Part shown: piece after piece, positions 31,641 through 52,934 of the stretch
Numbering within the stretch: position 1 is the stretch's first letter
Layout of the letters: the number at the start of each line of letters is the position of its first letter
Assembly: GCA_963693365.1 (NCBI GenBank)
Contig: CAVNZM010000001.1
Span: 4,542,907 to 4,606,906, forward strand
Source of the DNA: Amoebidium appalachense
Lineage: Eukaryota; Protista; Ichthyosporea
Length of the DNA: 64,000 bases
Reading direction: 5' to 3'
Translations under genes and position numbers: made by a program
Notes under the pieces: generated by a model
Told to the model about the DNA's origin: nothing
Seen by the model: only the letters and a program-made list of their open reading frames with translations
Database searches by the model: none

Positions 31641-33117
31641 TCGTACGTCACGGTACGTGCTGCTTGTGCAATACGAGTCAAGCCGTGCCTGTGGTTGGTG
31701 GCTTACCTTGCAGCACAGTTTTTTGGGGGGATGAAACAGGCACACACGGACGCCTGCATGTGATGTTTGTGCTGTCTACTTTATGTTGGTTTGATGCTGG
31801 TTGCCTGTATGCCATGTACGGGGTGCGGTTTAGTTCTGTTTGCCATTGCATGTTGGATACCCGTAGCATGCATGCAGGTGTGTGTGTGGATGTGGACGTG
31901 TTTCAGATAGAATGTGTGCTTGCAAGCAGGTGTCTGGGTGTATGGTGGGATGCCAGGAGTAGGCTGTGGTTAGTGTGTGTGTTTTTTTTTTGTGTGTGTG
32001 TGTGTGTGTGTGTGTGCGGTGGTGGTGGTGGTGGTAGTGTGGGTGGGTGGGTGGGGGGGGGGGGGGGGGGGGGGAAGGGGGGGGGGGGGGGGGGGGGGGG
32101 GGGGTGTAGGAGCATTTGAGGAATGGCCACAAAGCCTTACTGCCGGATGCTGACTTTTCATTTGCAGAAACAGCACGAAGGAATGGACAAGACGCGACGA
32201 AAGAGGGTGGAAACAGGATTCCGAGGTCGAGTGATTGTGAATGGGTGAATACGAGGAATGGACCGGGGGAGTCGAAGGAACAACCATTGAGATTGGTGCA
32301 ATGATCTATACTTGTCTGAGACGCGATGTAAGATTATTTGAATGCTTTTTATTTATTATTGTGTGTTTTGATGTGGTTTTTTTTTTAACTCTGTATAGGC
32401 ATGTTTTTTTATTCTATTTGGTTCAGTTAGTGTACAGTGCTTATACATCCGGACTTGCATCTTTTTTATTTGTTCGTTTATTCGGCTAGAGCCATATGCT
32501 TGAATGCTGTATGATAAGCTATTTATGCCCAATAATTGATGGCAATATGGCAATAGAAGGCCTGTTATTCCCAAAAAAATTAGGCAGAAATGATTCTTGT
32601 TTGAGTGTCACTATGATACTAAGTTTTTGAAGGTCGGATTATTGCGAAAAAAATGCCCGCGCATTGGGTTTCCACGGAATAACATCTATACAGTAGCCTG
32701 ATTTTTGCCACTTACAGTTGGTGATTTGTATCTAGAAAACCCGCTACACTTAACGTTGAAGTCTGTGAATGACGCTGCTTCTCGCTATGAAATCTGGTTG
32801 CGCATGCCAGATGCTTTACACTTTTACTGTTGAATGATGTAAGCTGCTTGTGTGTACAGTATACTCATAAACTCAGGAATAATTATAGTCTTTCATGTAG
32901 TCGCTAATATGATGTCGATATTGTCCACTACACCACTATGACAGCTGTGCTGTGCAGTGGTCCTACACTAATTAGAGTCGTTTATCTTCACGAGTGAGTT
33001 TAAGTCCAACAGAATTGGATGTCACTGTGTCGCTGTGTGGGTGGAGGTGGACATGTGCATGCGTGTGCGCGTGTTAGTAATTGTGTGTGGATAGGGGAGT
33101 GGGAAGGTGTGTGTGTA

Positions 33118-33158
<41 letters not shown>

Positions 33159-33548
33159 GTCTGTGCGTGTGTGTGTGTGCGTGCGTGTCTTTCTGGAAGG
33201 GGGATGGGAAAGAAAGATTGTGCACGTGTGTGTGAGAGGGAGAGAGAGAGGAGTACAAAAAAGGGACAGGGACAAAATTGAGGAGTCATGAATCACACAG
33301 AGTCCCCTATCTTTTATTTGAGGCATACAATTTTGTGGATAGATTTACAGTTTTTTAAACATTTTAATAAGAGAGATCATGAATCAAACGTAATATGCCT
33401 AAGGCCGAAGTTAGACAATAACATACACTTCCGGCTTTTGAAAGTGGTGTTTTTACCCCCAAACCAACCAAAGATTGAAACGTGCACAAAGGTGGTATTA
33501 AGCTAATGGTAAAATAGGCCTTAGCTAAGAGTGATGGTTGTGTGGGTG

Positions 33549-33591
<43 letters not shown>

Positions 33592-33935
33592 CAGGCAGGC
33601 TAACGTTGAGTGCCTGCTTTATTACATCTGTGAATGTGGCCACGAAAATCGTGAAGCCACAGTAGTAACCCTCGGACCTCGTAACTATAGTGCCCCCCCC
33701 CCCCCCCCCCCCTCCCCCCCCCCCCTCCCCCCCCCCCCCCCCCCCCCCTTCCCCCCTCTCCTACCCTCCTCATTTGATGCTCACATCTAGCCCCCATTAG
33801 TCCCGCCCACCCCGCCCTCCTCCTCTCCTTCTGAACAAACAACAAGAAACCAGCAAAAGGCCGGACCACCAACAAAAACATAGATTCAAATTAATAACCA
33901 AAAATTCGATTAACTGGGGGTAACTTAGCGAGAGA

Positions 33936-42404
<8,469 letters not shown>

Positions 42405-44593
42405 GCTCAGTTTCAGCACCTTCAAATTCCACAAAGGTCTGAGTCTGCAACCCCACCCCTTCCCCCTTCTTCTCCTCCCCCCCCCCCCCCTCCCTCCCTC
42501 CCCCCTTCCCGTTCCTTTCAGAATCTATCTTCAAAAGTACACTTTTTCCTGCCTTCTATCTTTCACTTCTCCCTTCTCCGGCACACTACACGGCAACCTA
42601 CACAATCTTAGATGCCCCCTTCCTTCAAATACCCCCCATCGCCCGCCCCCACCCTTCTAATGCCTCTGTTTTCAACATACACTTGCTGCTTTCCGGAAGA
42701 GCTGAAATTGCGCCACTGTAAATGTTTGAGCTTTCGGTTTCGGTGTCGAGCCAACTCAAGAGATGCTACTAGACTCGTAGCCATATTATAGACGCTCCAC
42801 AGTGGACACAGGCGTTGACCACACATTTTTCATTTTTTGGCAAGCTCTTTCCCGTGTCTCCCAACCCTGCCCGCCCTTTAATGTGTGGGTGCTCATGACT
42901 TGTGCTTCTTGGAGGGGAGGGTCATAGAACAGAGGGCGATGGGAAAGAGAAGGAAGCGGATGGTCGTGCAACCAAAAACAGCACAACAGTGTACTAAAGT
43001 GGCGTTATAAAACATTCACTCCAATAATTCGTGAGTATACAGCACACATAGGCCTACCTCTCGGGGGCTACGATGGCAGCATTTTGAGCACTCATCCTGT
43101 CAGAGCACCCTTGGGCCTTCTTTGGCCAAACGCTAGCCTAAAAAAATGGTTGATGTCTATGTTTATACATGTATTGTGAGTCTAGCTAGGTTTATGTGTC
43201 GTGCTTTAAATTTGTGCTGATCTGGGTGCAGCCCCATGTGATAGGAGGTGAGCTGATTGCACTCTCGCTTTGGCAGCAGGCTACTTTTGGGAATCTAAGA
43301 CAGTCAATTATTGTGGTACTCTTGGAAGCATAGTCAATAAGGGTAGCCCCTTCCCTTGGACTCACAAAAGTGAACTTCCCATACGGTAGGGCAAGGACCG
43401 AGATATCATTACAGAAACGATATCGAGTGTTTAGTTAGTCGATTCAAAAGATGATGACACAACGGAAAGCGACTGTGTTACTTGAAGCGAGAGTGTATGT
43501 TTTTTTGTTGTTTTTACAGTGTATAACAGGCACTCGAGCTCATGCATATGAATTGAAGAATTTTGAAACGTTTCTGACATGCCTACAAAATAAATGTCCA
43601 TCCCATGCACTCCCGGCCCAGCTCGACACTCGCGGAGAATCTACAGAGTCAGTGGATAGCCTACAGATTCTCGAGTCGAGGTAGCCTAAACAGAGTAAGA
43701 CACTAAAGCGCCAAACCCAAAAAACAATAAGCAGGCACAAATTCGTAGGGCAACTTATGAAAATGGAATTATAGCAAATTATCGTTGTTGCTTGAAAACC
43801 CCATTAATTTTTCCTTATAGCAGTGTAGTTCAATATGTATGTAGGCCCTAATAACAAGTCACAACTTACGAGGCCTCGTTGGGACTCCTTGAAGTTTTTA
43901 GCTTTTGGAATGTCATCACATTCTTGTCTACATATGGCCTAAAGAGTGAAAATGAACTCCAATCAAATGAGCCTTTTGAAATAGGTAAATTCCGGCGATC
44001 AGCCTATTACAAATGTTTGTAAGTAGCAACTTAGTACGTAGGTAGAGTAACCAATGATTGGGGTAGGCTAACCCAAAATAGTTTCACAGAGATTTCTAAA
44101 GTAATACCAAAAATGTTTAAGGGTATAGGTACCCAATATCTATTTACAAGTGAGTCTCATCCATTCAGAATCACCAACCCAAATGAACTGATTTGCCGGC
44201 AAAAATTGCCGTCTTCTATATCCGTCATGCTATTGGTTATTGGAACGGCATGACAGGGCTCGAATTCGGTTTTTGAAGTTCGGCCGCACTCAGCCGCGCA
44301 GTCAGGTGTCAGGCGCGCACCGTGGATCCCGGCCGCCTCGACCTCCATGGGCCAAGCCACACCCCGCCCACCCTCCCCCCACGCTGGGTCTTTTTCTTGA
44401 AAGTTCTGGGTTGCAATTGGGTAAGTGTATCATCACGTGTCTGTGTGGACCTTCGATGATGATTGTGAACATCATGCATATGGGAACTTGGGGCCGGGGG
44501 AGGCCCTCCGGACCACGGCCCCCCGCGGGGGGAGGGGGGAAGTCGTGTATGTATGTGCGGCACGGTCACTTGAAGTAGTGAGTGAATGTGTGC

Positions 44594-44686
<93 letters not shown>

Positions 44687-44695
44687 CTGCGTGTG

Positions 44696-44749
<54 letters not shown>

Positions 44750-44775
44750 TGTGTGTCTGTGTGCGCAGTGTGTTG

Positions 44776-44867
<92 letters not shown>

Positions 44868-45454
44868 GCGTGTGTGTGTGTGTGTGTGTTTGTGTGTGTG
44901 TGGTGCGTATGTCACGTGTGCGTTTGTTTGTGGTGAATATCTAACTCACCATCAAAAACCACAACAAGGAAGGTGTTCGTATGCTGCACTCATGGTGTGC
45001 GTTTTAAGTGTATTCGAAATGATTATTGGAGGTCTATATACTGCCTGCATGCACATGGCCATCTGCACGCATGGCCGGCCCACCTTCCGGCCAGTATTTA
45101 TGACGTTGAACATCAGTACAGGGGGTCACGCAGTTCACGGCCTCCCACCCACATTTGCACATACCCCCACCCCCGCCCTCACCACCTTGTAACGAAGCAA
45201 CAAAGCGAAGTGCAGAGACGGATAGAAACTACAACACAAAGGAACTAAAAATGATCCGGGCAGCGACAAAGAAACTTGAAATGCATGTTCTGTTTAGTGC
45301 GAGGGGAGGGAATACTTCCTGGAGGTCGACTCGGACTGAGGGGAGGGTGGGGACGGGGAATGAAGCACAGAATATTTGTTTGCGTAGACTGCAGAAAAAC
45401 TCAGGAAAAGTGGATGAGGGTGGAGTGTTGAAACTATGGGGGAGCGGGGGGGCC

Positions 45455-45488
<34 letters not shown>

Positions 45489-46103
45489 CTCGGAGGTGGG
45501 GGAGGGGAGGCAAGAGGGCCAAGCGACTTCAGCAGAATCATTTTGCATTGCACCGAGTAAAATTTGCTGTCAGCAGACAAGCTGTTACGAGCAGAATGAT
45601 TCGCCTAAGAATATTGTTCAAAGAATAATTCTGGTTTTTGAAGAATAATTCTGCTTTGCGCAGATTAATTTTGGAACGGTTGCAGAACAATCCTGCTCCA
45701 AAAAGGTCATACTGCTATGATGTGGTTTTGCCCTTACGGAGGGGCGGGAGGGGGGCATGATCATGAGGGTTGTGTTACAGTAAGCACGAAGAACATACGT
45801 GACTGACAACACACTGTGACTTGGGTTAATTTTTTAACCAAGAGAAGAAGGCCCTAAAAGAAGGGGAAAACCTTATAACAACGAAAGAATATGCCTCACA
45901 AGTAAAGGCTTAGCCCAGCCTTCGACTGACCCTATTCATCCAACACATACAGAACTCTAGATCCGTTCGCCTCGCATGCAAACCCTGCCTCAAGTTGAAA
46001 CTGCCACTGGGTGGGTTAGTTGCCTCGACCAGATACGAGTATGCCGGGGGGCTGGGAGAGGGGGGAGGGGGGAGGGGGTTGGGGGCGGGGGGGGGGGGGG
46101 GGA

Positions 46104-46143
<40 letters not shown>

Positions 46144-46559
46144 CAATTGATTTGTGTCTACATGTTTGGGGGCGGGGAGGGTGAGGGAGGGGGGGGGAGG
46201 GGAGGGGACTCGGGCTCTCAGGAGAGGGGATAAGCGCTCAGCAAGAGAGTATTCATTATGACAATGAAGTAGGATAGATCGTCTACACGGTAGCAACAGG
46301 GAACCGGCAGCAAAGCTCAGGTGGCAGGAATCATGCCACAAGCAACGAAGCAGAGAAGCAAAGAGGTACTAGTATTAGCAGCAAATCAAAGACTTAGACA
46401 CAACACAGCCAAGAAAAAAAACCATACATGATAGAGCAGCAGGTAGGCAAGTAACACTGTCAGCGGGTAAGTTGAGAAGACAATGGGGTATAACCTGCTA
46501 GAGGCTGCAAGCGGAGCGGGTAGTTGATTTGTTGTACATGTGCATGTGTGTGTGTGCCG

Positions 46560-46660
<101 letters not shown>

Positions 46661-46841
46661 GGTGGGCGGGTGCACGTGGGAGGAGGGGGGGTGGGGGGGG
46701 GAGGGAAGGGAGGGTGCTTCAAGGCTAGTAGGGGGAAGGAGGGGGAGGGAGGGCTGACGGCCGGTGTATTGAATTTCAGAAGCAGTTGCCTGAGTGACTG
46801 CCGAACCGTTGTATGTTTGTGTGTAGGGAGGAGCGGGCCAA

Positions 46842-46891
<50 letters not shown>

Positions 46892-47310
46892 CTTTCGTGC
46901 GTGCCTTGTGTGTTCGTGTCAGGGCCCGGAAGAGTAAGTTAGCAAACCGGCGGAGGGGAGGGGGGAAGGGGGGAACTCTGAAATTGAAGCAGTAGCAAAA
47001 CATCAATATATAAAGGTTTTTAGGGTGGGACGTGGAAAGTGCTTTGGTGTCTGTGGGTGGGGGTATGGGCTGTATTTACTGAGGGAAGTGGGTGGGTGGA
47101 TTGGGGCCCGTGGCGGGAGTGAGTGAGAGAGACAGAGAGAGAGCCTCGGGGGGCGGGGGGGGGGGGGAGAATAGAGAAAGAGAGAGACCCCGGAGAGAGA
47201 GAGAGTGTGTGTGTGCCGGGGGGGAGGGGGGGGGGGGGGGGAGAGGGGAGGGGGGGGAGGGGGACTGAGGGGGCCTGCGTCGGGGGGGGGGGGGGGGGGG
47301 GGGGTCAGGG

Positions 47311-47445
47311 GGGTCGCCCGCAACCGGTATACATTCAGTATCATGATATTTATATACTATTATGTATTTATATATCATGATTTATATGTATATTACAAAG
47401 TTTCATGATCATATATATTTACATATATTTGGTTGCAGCCGACCC
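47311..47445. mobile_element. Possible MITE / foldback element
   Basis: GGGTCGCCCGCAACC ... GGTTGCAGCCGACCC imperfect terminal inverted repeat (13/15) around a very AT-rich core with three TCATGA motifs; no clear TSD. Confidence 0.4.
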
Positions 47446-48056
47446 TTGGGGGAAGGGGGGTAGGTGAGGAGGTACAGCTGTACGAGCATGAAAAACAAAC
47501 AAAAAACGAAGCGCCGTGTGACCGTGCAGCAGGCAGCATTGATGCTTAGCAATGATTTCCGTTGCAGACGCACATGAACATGTATGAGCATGTGAGAGAC
47601 GTGCCAGGCAAAGAGAGGCCCGCTACTAGTACACTCCCAACCCCCCCACTGTCTACCCTTTCACCTCAATTGCATCATCAATACACCTCTGCATGTATAT
47701 CAGATATGAATTATCAGATCAGTATATATTAGATTCAACCCGTTTTCTTGTCCTCAACAATCTATCAGTGGGTTTACCGGGTACTCGTTTGTTACGTAGG
47801 GCTACCTTTCTTAGCCCTGGCATAGTTGGTTAACACACTGGTATGTTTGTGCCCCAGCAGTGGTCGTGCTGCTGGTGGTGGTGGTATGGTATGTTATGTG
47901 TGTGTGCACGTGTGTGCATGTGTGTGTGAGTGTGTGTGTGTGAGTGTGTGTATTTTGGGGGGGGAGGGGGGAAGGGGAGGGGCCAAATCCAGCAATTGCA
48001 TGATAACGGGCTCGAGGGTGCCTTTGTTTTGTTTTTGTTTTTGTTCTTTTTTTTTT

Positions 48057-48101
<45 letters not shown>

Positions 48102-48390
48102 TCCAGCAATTGCATGATAATGGGCATAAGGTAATATAAGAAATCACTTTCATTCACAGGGCAAACGGATCGACTATACAAGCGCGGTAAGAGAATGGGT
48201 CCCCATCCATACCAGCCAAGAATCTCGGCCATACAAACATCATATTGTCATTTTGTACCATGTATTTACAAGAGACTCGCCGGGCATCATTTCAGAGTTA
48301 TTCAGATTTCCACGAGTCAATAATCTCTTATATACACCAGCACCAGCCATTCACTACTGGCATATTCTATACACAGAGCGCATTAGGGCT

Positions 48391-49981
48391 CTAAACCACA
48401 CAACGTACAGGCATCATATCATCAGGTCTCACATATTCCCTGGACTTTCTATGCAAAGAAATCATCGAGAGGGTACGCTTAAGAGTGCTCATAGTAGACT
48501 GCTGCGAAACACTTGCACGTTTTCTCTCCCTCCCCAGTGTCGGGCTATTCGGTGCAGTCATTGGCTGCCCAAAATTTTCCGCCCCTGGTCCGAGATACAT
48601 TCCGCGATTCTCCATTTTTCTCGCACCGAGCATATTCAACGAATTCGTTGTTGCGTTTCTCTTCAACACATTCGCCCTTTCATACCCGTGGTTTGTTCCG
48701 TGGCCAGTGCCCGGTATGTGCAGTGGGTGGAACATAAACCCCACCATCATCCCTTGGTTTGTAGCGGCCACAAGTCCATTTCCAACCACGATTGGTGAGG
48801 GTTGGTGTGCGAGCGAGGTAGGGCCGGTGGGAATGCACCTCTGCGCCAGCACACCCACACGCAAGAACACATCCACCACATCGTATCTCTCCCACAGGCG
48901 GCATCTAGCTGAAATGCTCGTTGGCCATCACCAACTCATCCACCTGGGGCGCAGGATCCGGACACGTCCATTCATACACGTCACCGCAACTAGCGACAGA
49001 GTGCCCGTCCGAATGCACACTACTGCCCCTGTCCATGGATGCGTGTGTCATGGTGTCCGTGTCGGCGCCCGTTTGGGTATCCGTTTGGCTTAGTGAAATC
49101 CCGTCTTTGTTGATGTCTGCTAACTGCGTATAAGCATCTGCAACTTCCAGTGCCTTCGTGAGCAAGTCGTTCAGTGTTCGTTCCCGTTTGCTTTCGTGAT
49201 TGTTTCCGTTTGTCTGCATATATGGCGGTTTGTGGGGTGCAGATAGGATTATTCCATCGAGTGACGTTTCTTCTCCCTCCTCCTCATTCATTTCTTCTTC
49301 CGAGTTTTTCTCCTCGGGAATTTCCACCCCCGTAACCATGATGGGAACATTGGGATAGCGGAAGCGGAATAGGCTACACCAAGCATCAGCCCGGTCGAGA
49401 GATCTCTGCCCCTCGGCGCCACTTGTGAGCAAAAAACACACCAGTATCGCACTTGGGGTTTTCAACAAGGGGGCCCGCCGGGCTGCAGACACACTACGGG
49501 CACGCCTTGGCCTATCTGCCTGTGCATGGGTCATGATCTCGTATGGGGGCCGGGTTTCCAAGGACGACATACGACGAGGAATGGTGCACACTATGTTTGC
49601 GTTCGTTTGTGTCGAACAAGTATTGTAAATGATGCTTGCTTCCAGTTCGCTCGTGCTAATGTTTTGTGCATGGGTACACTGTGCTGCCTTGGCCATGGCA
49701 CTAAGACTAGTTGCACTCTGACGTGTGGACATGGCCAGCACCCCATTCCCCATGGGTGCTGCATACGGAGGGTAGTAAGTCTCCCTCTGCACATCAGTAA
49801 AGTTGGGCTCCTTCGAGCATTGCTCTGGTGCTCTTAAAGCCTCAAAACAGACGGGAATGGTGTCAAAGTCTCTGCACAAAAGAAAGCGCAGTGACCCACT
49901 GTCGCCGAGCAGTGAGAGTGCATGGCGAAGGTCATCGGCACCATCACCAGCAAGCCACACGTCTAGCATGTTGTTTGCCAC
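48391..49981 (-). CDS. Degenerate Rho/Ras-fold-like protein (pseudo-GTPase), coding region split over two frames near 48905
   Basis: 358-aa ORF with VWLAGDGA (cf. IVGDGACGKT) and AILVCF..SLDRADAWCSLFRFRYPNVPIMVTG (cf. Rho VILMCF..SLENIPEKW..FCPNVPIILVG). A second frame continues CRLWERYDVVDVFLRVGVLA (cf. CSAKT..VREVF) and ends RCVV*. Joining mechanism unresolved. Confidence 0.5.
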
Positions 49982-52100
49982 TAAACACGTTTTTATTTGC
50001 TAAGCCCGTAGGCCAGAAAATTGAACACAATCAGAATAAGCAGGCAGCTAGCGTGTGAGTAAGGAAGGCTACCAGATACTACTTGAAGGAGCTGCGATGG
50101 ATCACTTTGATGTGTGTGGTGTAGTGTCGGTTGGTAAAATTTTATGGGACTGACAAACTGCGGTAACTTGCGCTCGTGCGTTGTAAAAACCAAAAGTGAA
50201 GACTCTGATGCAATACTACAGCTAACAACACGTAAGGTCACACACTAATTACAAAGAAGGGTTTATGCGAAAAATAGACGCCCAAATTTAACGGGCTGCG
50301 GCTTGTTTGAAACAGAAGTTACACTTTCGTTATTTGTGTGTAGAGCCAACTGTGACCTCCTCAGCTTCGGCATTTCCTCAAAAAGCAAGGGGGTTATGGC
50401 AAGCTAAAAGTCACGGCTAACATAATACAGTGATTTTAGATCCTCTAGTTCTGCACAAAAGTTTAAAATGGAGAAAACAGACTCTTTTAAAAGTTATGAA
50501 CACTTATCGAGCCAATCGTGAGAATGTTCAAAAGCTAAAGATGGCTCTCGTTGATTGGTGGACAAGATTCCGGCTATCTATACCCATGCGAAAACGCGGC
50601 TTTGCGAGATCTACAAGCCAATGAATCCTGAGAGAGCTCTTATCTCCTTAAAAAAGAGCCGGAAACCCTATATCAACGAGCTTGTTTATTTGCTTAAATC
50701 AATCGGTGGGTAAAATCTGCGCTTCTTTTGCGGCTCGCAGTTCGAAAGACTCTTTATTGATTTCCGCTGGAAAGTTCCAAATGGGGTCTTTGCACTTCAA
50801 CCACCTATCATATGTCGCGCGGCTAGGACCCACCTAAATCACGCCCGCGATCTACAATCACCCAATCAGTGACCGCAAGCTTAGCCTTTTCGAATTCCGC
50901 AAACAAAGACATTTGCCGTGCAATTACCAAGTGAAACATAAATCCCGCTTACATGATATATAGATATCACTTTAGAAAAATTAATAAAAACCTGACTATT
51001 TCCTTCTGTAATGTAGATAGCATTCTTTATGCCTGTGGTCCAAGAAAGCCACTTGGGCGCCAGGTACTCACGCAGCAATCTAACCGTCTCACGGACCACA
51101 GAAAAACATATCACTCTAGGGAGATACAATGTTATTGGCGGAAATGTTTCATTGGCTCTATTTTCGCGCCTAAGGAGCCCTCAAAACCTCTGCCTCTTTA
51201 GAGTTTCAATATTTCTAGCTGGTTAGAAACAGAGTCTAAGAGAGCTATTACAGAACAGTGCACTACTATACGCATAGCTAAGCCACCAAAAAAAAACTTC
51301 AAACAATACCCGTATAAAAGTAATGTTATAAAAATATTCAAAATACATCAGATGGAGCTCTTATGTATTCCGTGGTGTAGTCTAGAGTTTGGTACAAATC
51401 AACCCTCCACATTCGAGAAGTAGTGGGGGATCCGACTTATCTTTCCTCTACCGAATCTTACCTCGTTGACATCGTTTGATTTGGAAATTAACGAGGTTGC
51501 CGTTCAAGTAACGGTTGTCCGACCGTCTGAGGGGCGAAGCTCCCGAACTGAGAGAGAAACCTGGCACGGGGTTTATGCACTTTGTATTGCTGCGGACATC
51601 GTCAGGGTCCCAGCCTCACTTGACGGCCTACTGCGTTTTCCAGCGCCAATCAAATGCAGCTAGTGACTTATGTACACTGTAATACTATGCAATAAAACAA
51701 CCCTAGTATAGATTATGGATATATGCAAGAAGCTAGCTAGCATGCGCATTGGTAGTTCCGAGAGAAAGTTAAGACGCCGTATCACGTCAATATCATACTG
51801 TGCAGCATTAATAAGGTGATTTAACACGGTCATTTTATAACGGACATACTGGGGAAGAGAAGGATCTGAAAAGAAAATAAAGCCGCCCATAAACTCCGGT
51901 TCTTAGACTACCACATTAGCTAACAGGTCGTACACTTATTGATAGATAATATGCATCCGCGAGTAAACCGCCCCCCACACATATTACACATACGAGCAGG
52001 AGACACCAAAAACCGATTACAACGCCAAGACATAATAATCTTTGCATATTTATACGACTGTCCACAACATCATGTCATCTTAGAGGTGATATCATGATAT

Positions 52101-52305
52101 GACTTCACTTTCACTTCGATCTCTTAGCTGTCACGTCAACTTCCCCCCCCCAATTCTTCACCATGGCAGGTATATAAAGGCTTTCGTTTCTTCTTTTTGT
52201 GGAGGACTTCACTTTCGCTTCGATCTCTTAGCTGTCACGTCAACTTTTTTCCCCGATTCTTCGCCATGGCAGGTATATAAAGGCTTTCGTTTCTCCTTTT
52301 TGTGG
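52101..52305 (+). repeat. About 102-bp tandem duplication, each unit carrying TATATAAAG
   Basis: Units 52101-52202 and 52205-52305 are nearly identical. Confidence 0.9.
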
Positions 52306-52934
52306 TGGGAGGGAGTCCCACTCAGGGGAACGTGACTGCAGTGTGTGTGTGGTGTGGCCTGGTGTATTCCTACTGCTGTGAGAGTGTGGGGGCATCTCCC
52401 TTTCGCGGAGTTTCTCGCTTGAGAAGTGGTTTCTTCAACGCCTGGTGGTCCACTGCAACCTATGGTAACTTCTACACGCTGTCTACGCTTCTACGCGACC
52501 TATTGGCGGGGGGCTGCTGGCAGCTTCTTCAGCTACTTCTGCGCTGCGTGAGTGGAGGGGCGGCTACTTGGTCGTCGGGGAGCTTTCCAAGTGACTGCCA
52601 ATCCTTAGCCTCCAGTCGTATGGCAATGACCGGGTTTGCTTGCATGCATTCTGTAATTGTGTTTTTCTGTGTGTCCTGCCACAACTAGGCCACCTTATCA
52701 GAGAGCTAGTGATCCGACCTGAATCGATAAATGCTCCAACCAGAGTACTGTATGACGTCATCATATAAAAACGCCTGGCGCAGGGTCAGTTTTGCACGTG
52801 TTACTCTCTTTTTCTCACCATTTTACCCTAACGTGACAGGGAACAAGCACATCACAAAAAAACCGTAGAAAAATTCTTGGCGGGGTAGTGGCTTAGTAAG
52901 TAATGGTAGGCATTCAACGATTTTGAGCTTCAAT

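Noticed and set aside
48485-49093. 202-aa plus-strand ORF
   Set aside because: Antisense shadow of the minus-strand coding region.
51660-51890. Second, decayed piggyBac C-terminus
   Set aside because: Only vague resemblance; no catalytic or Cys motifs in adjacent frames.
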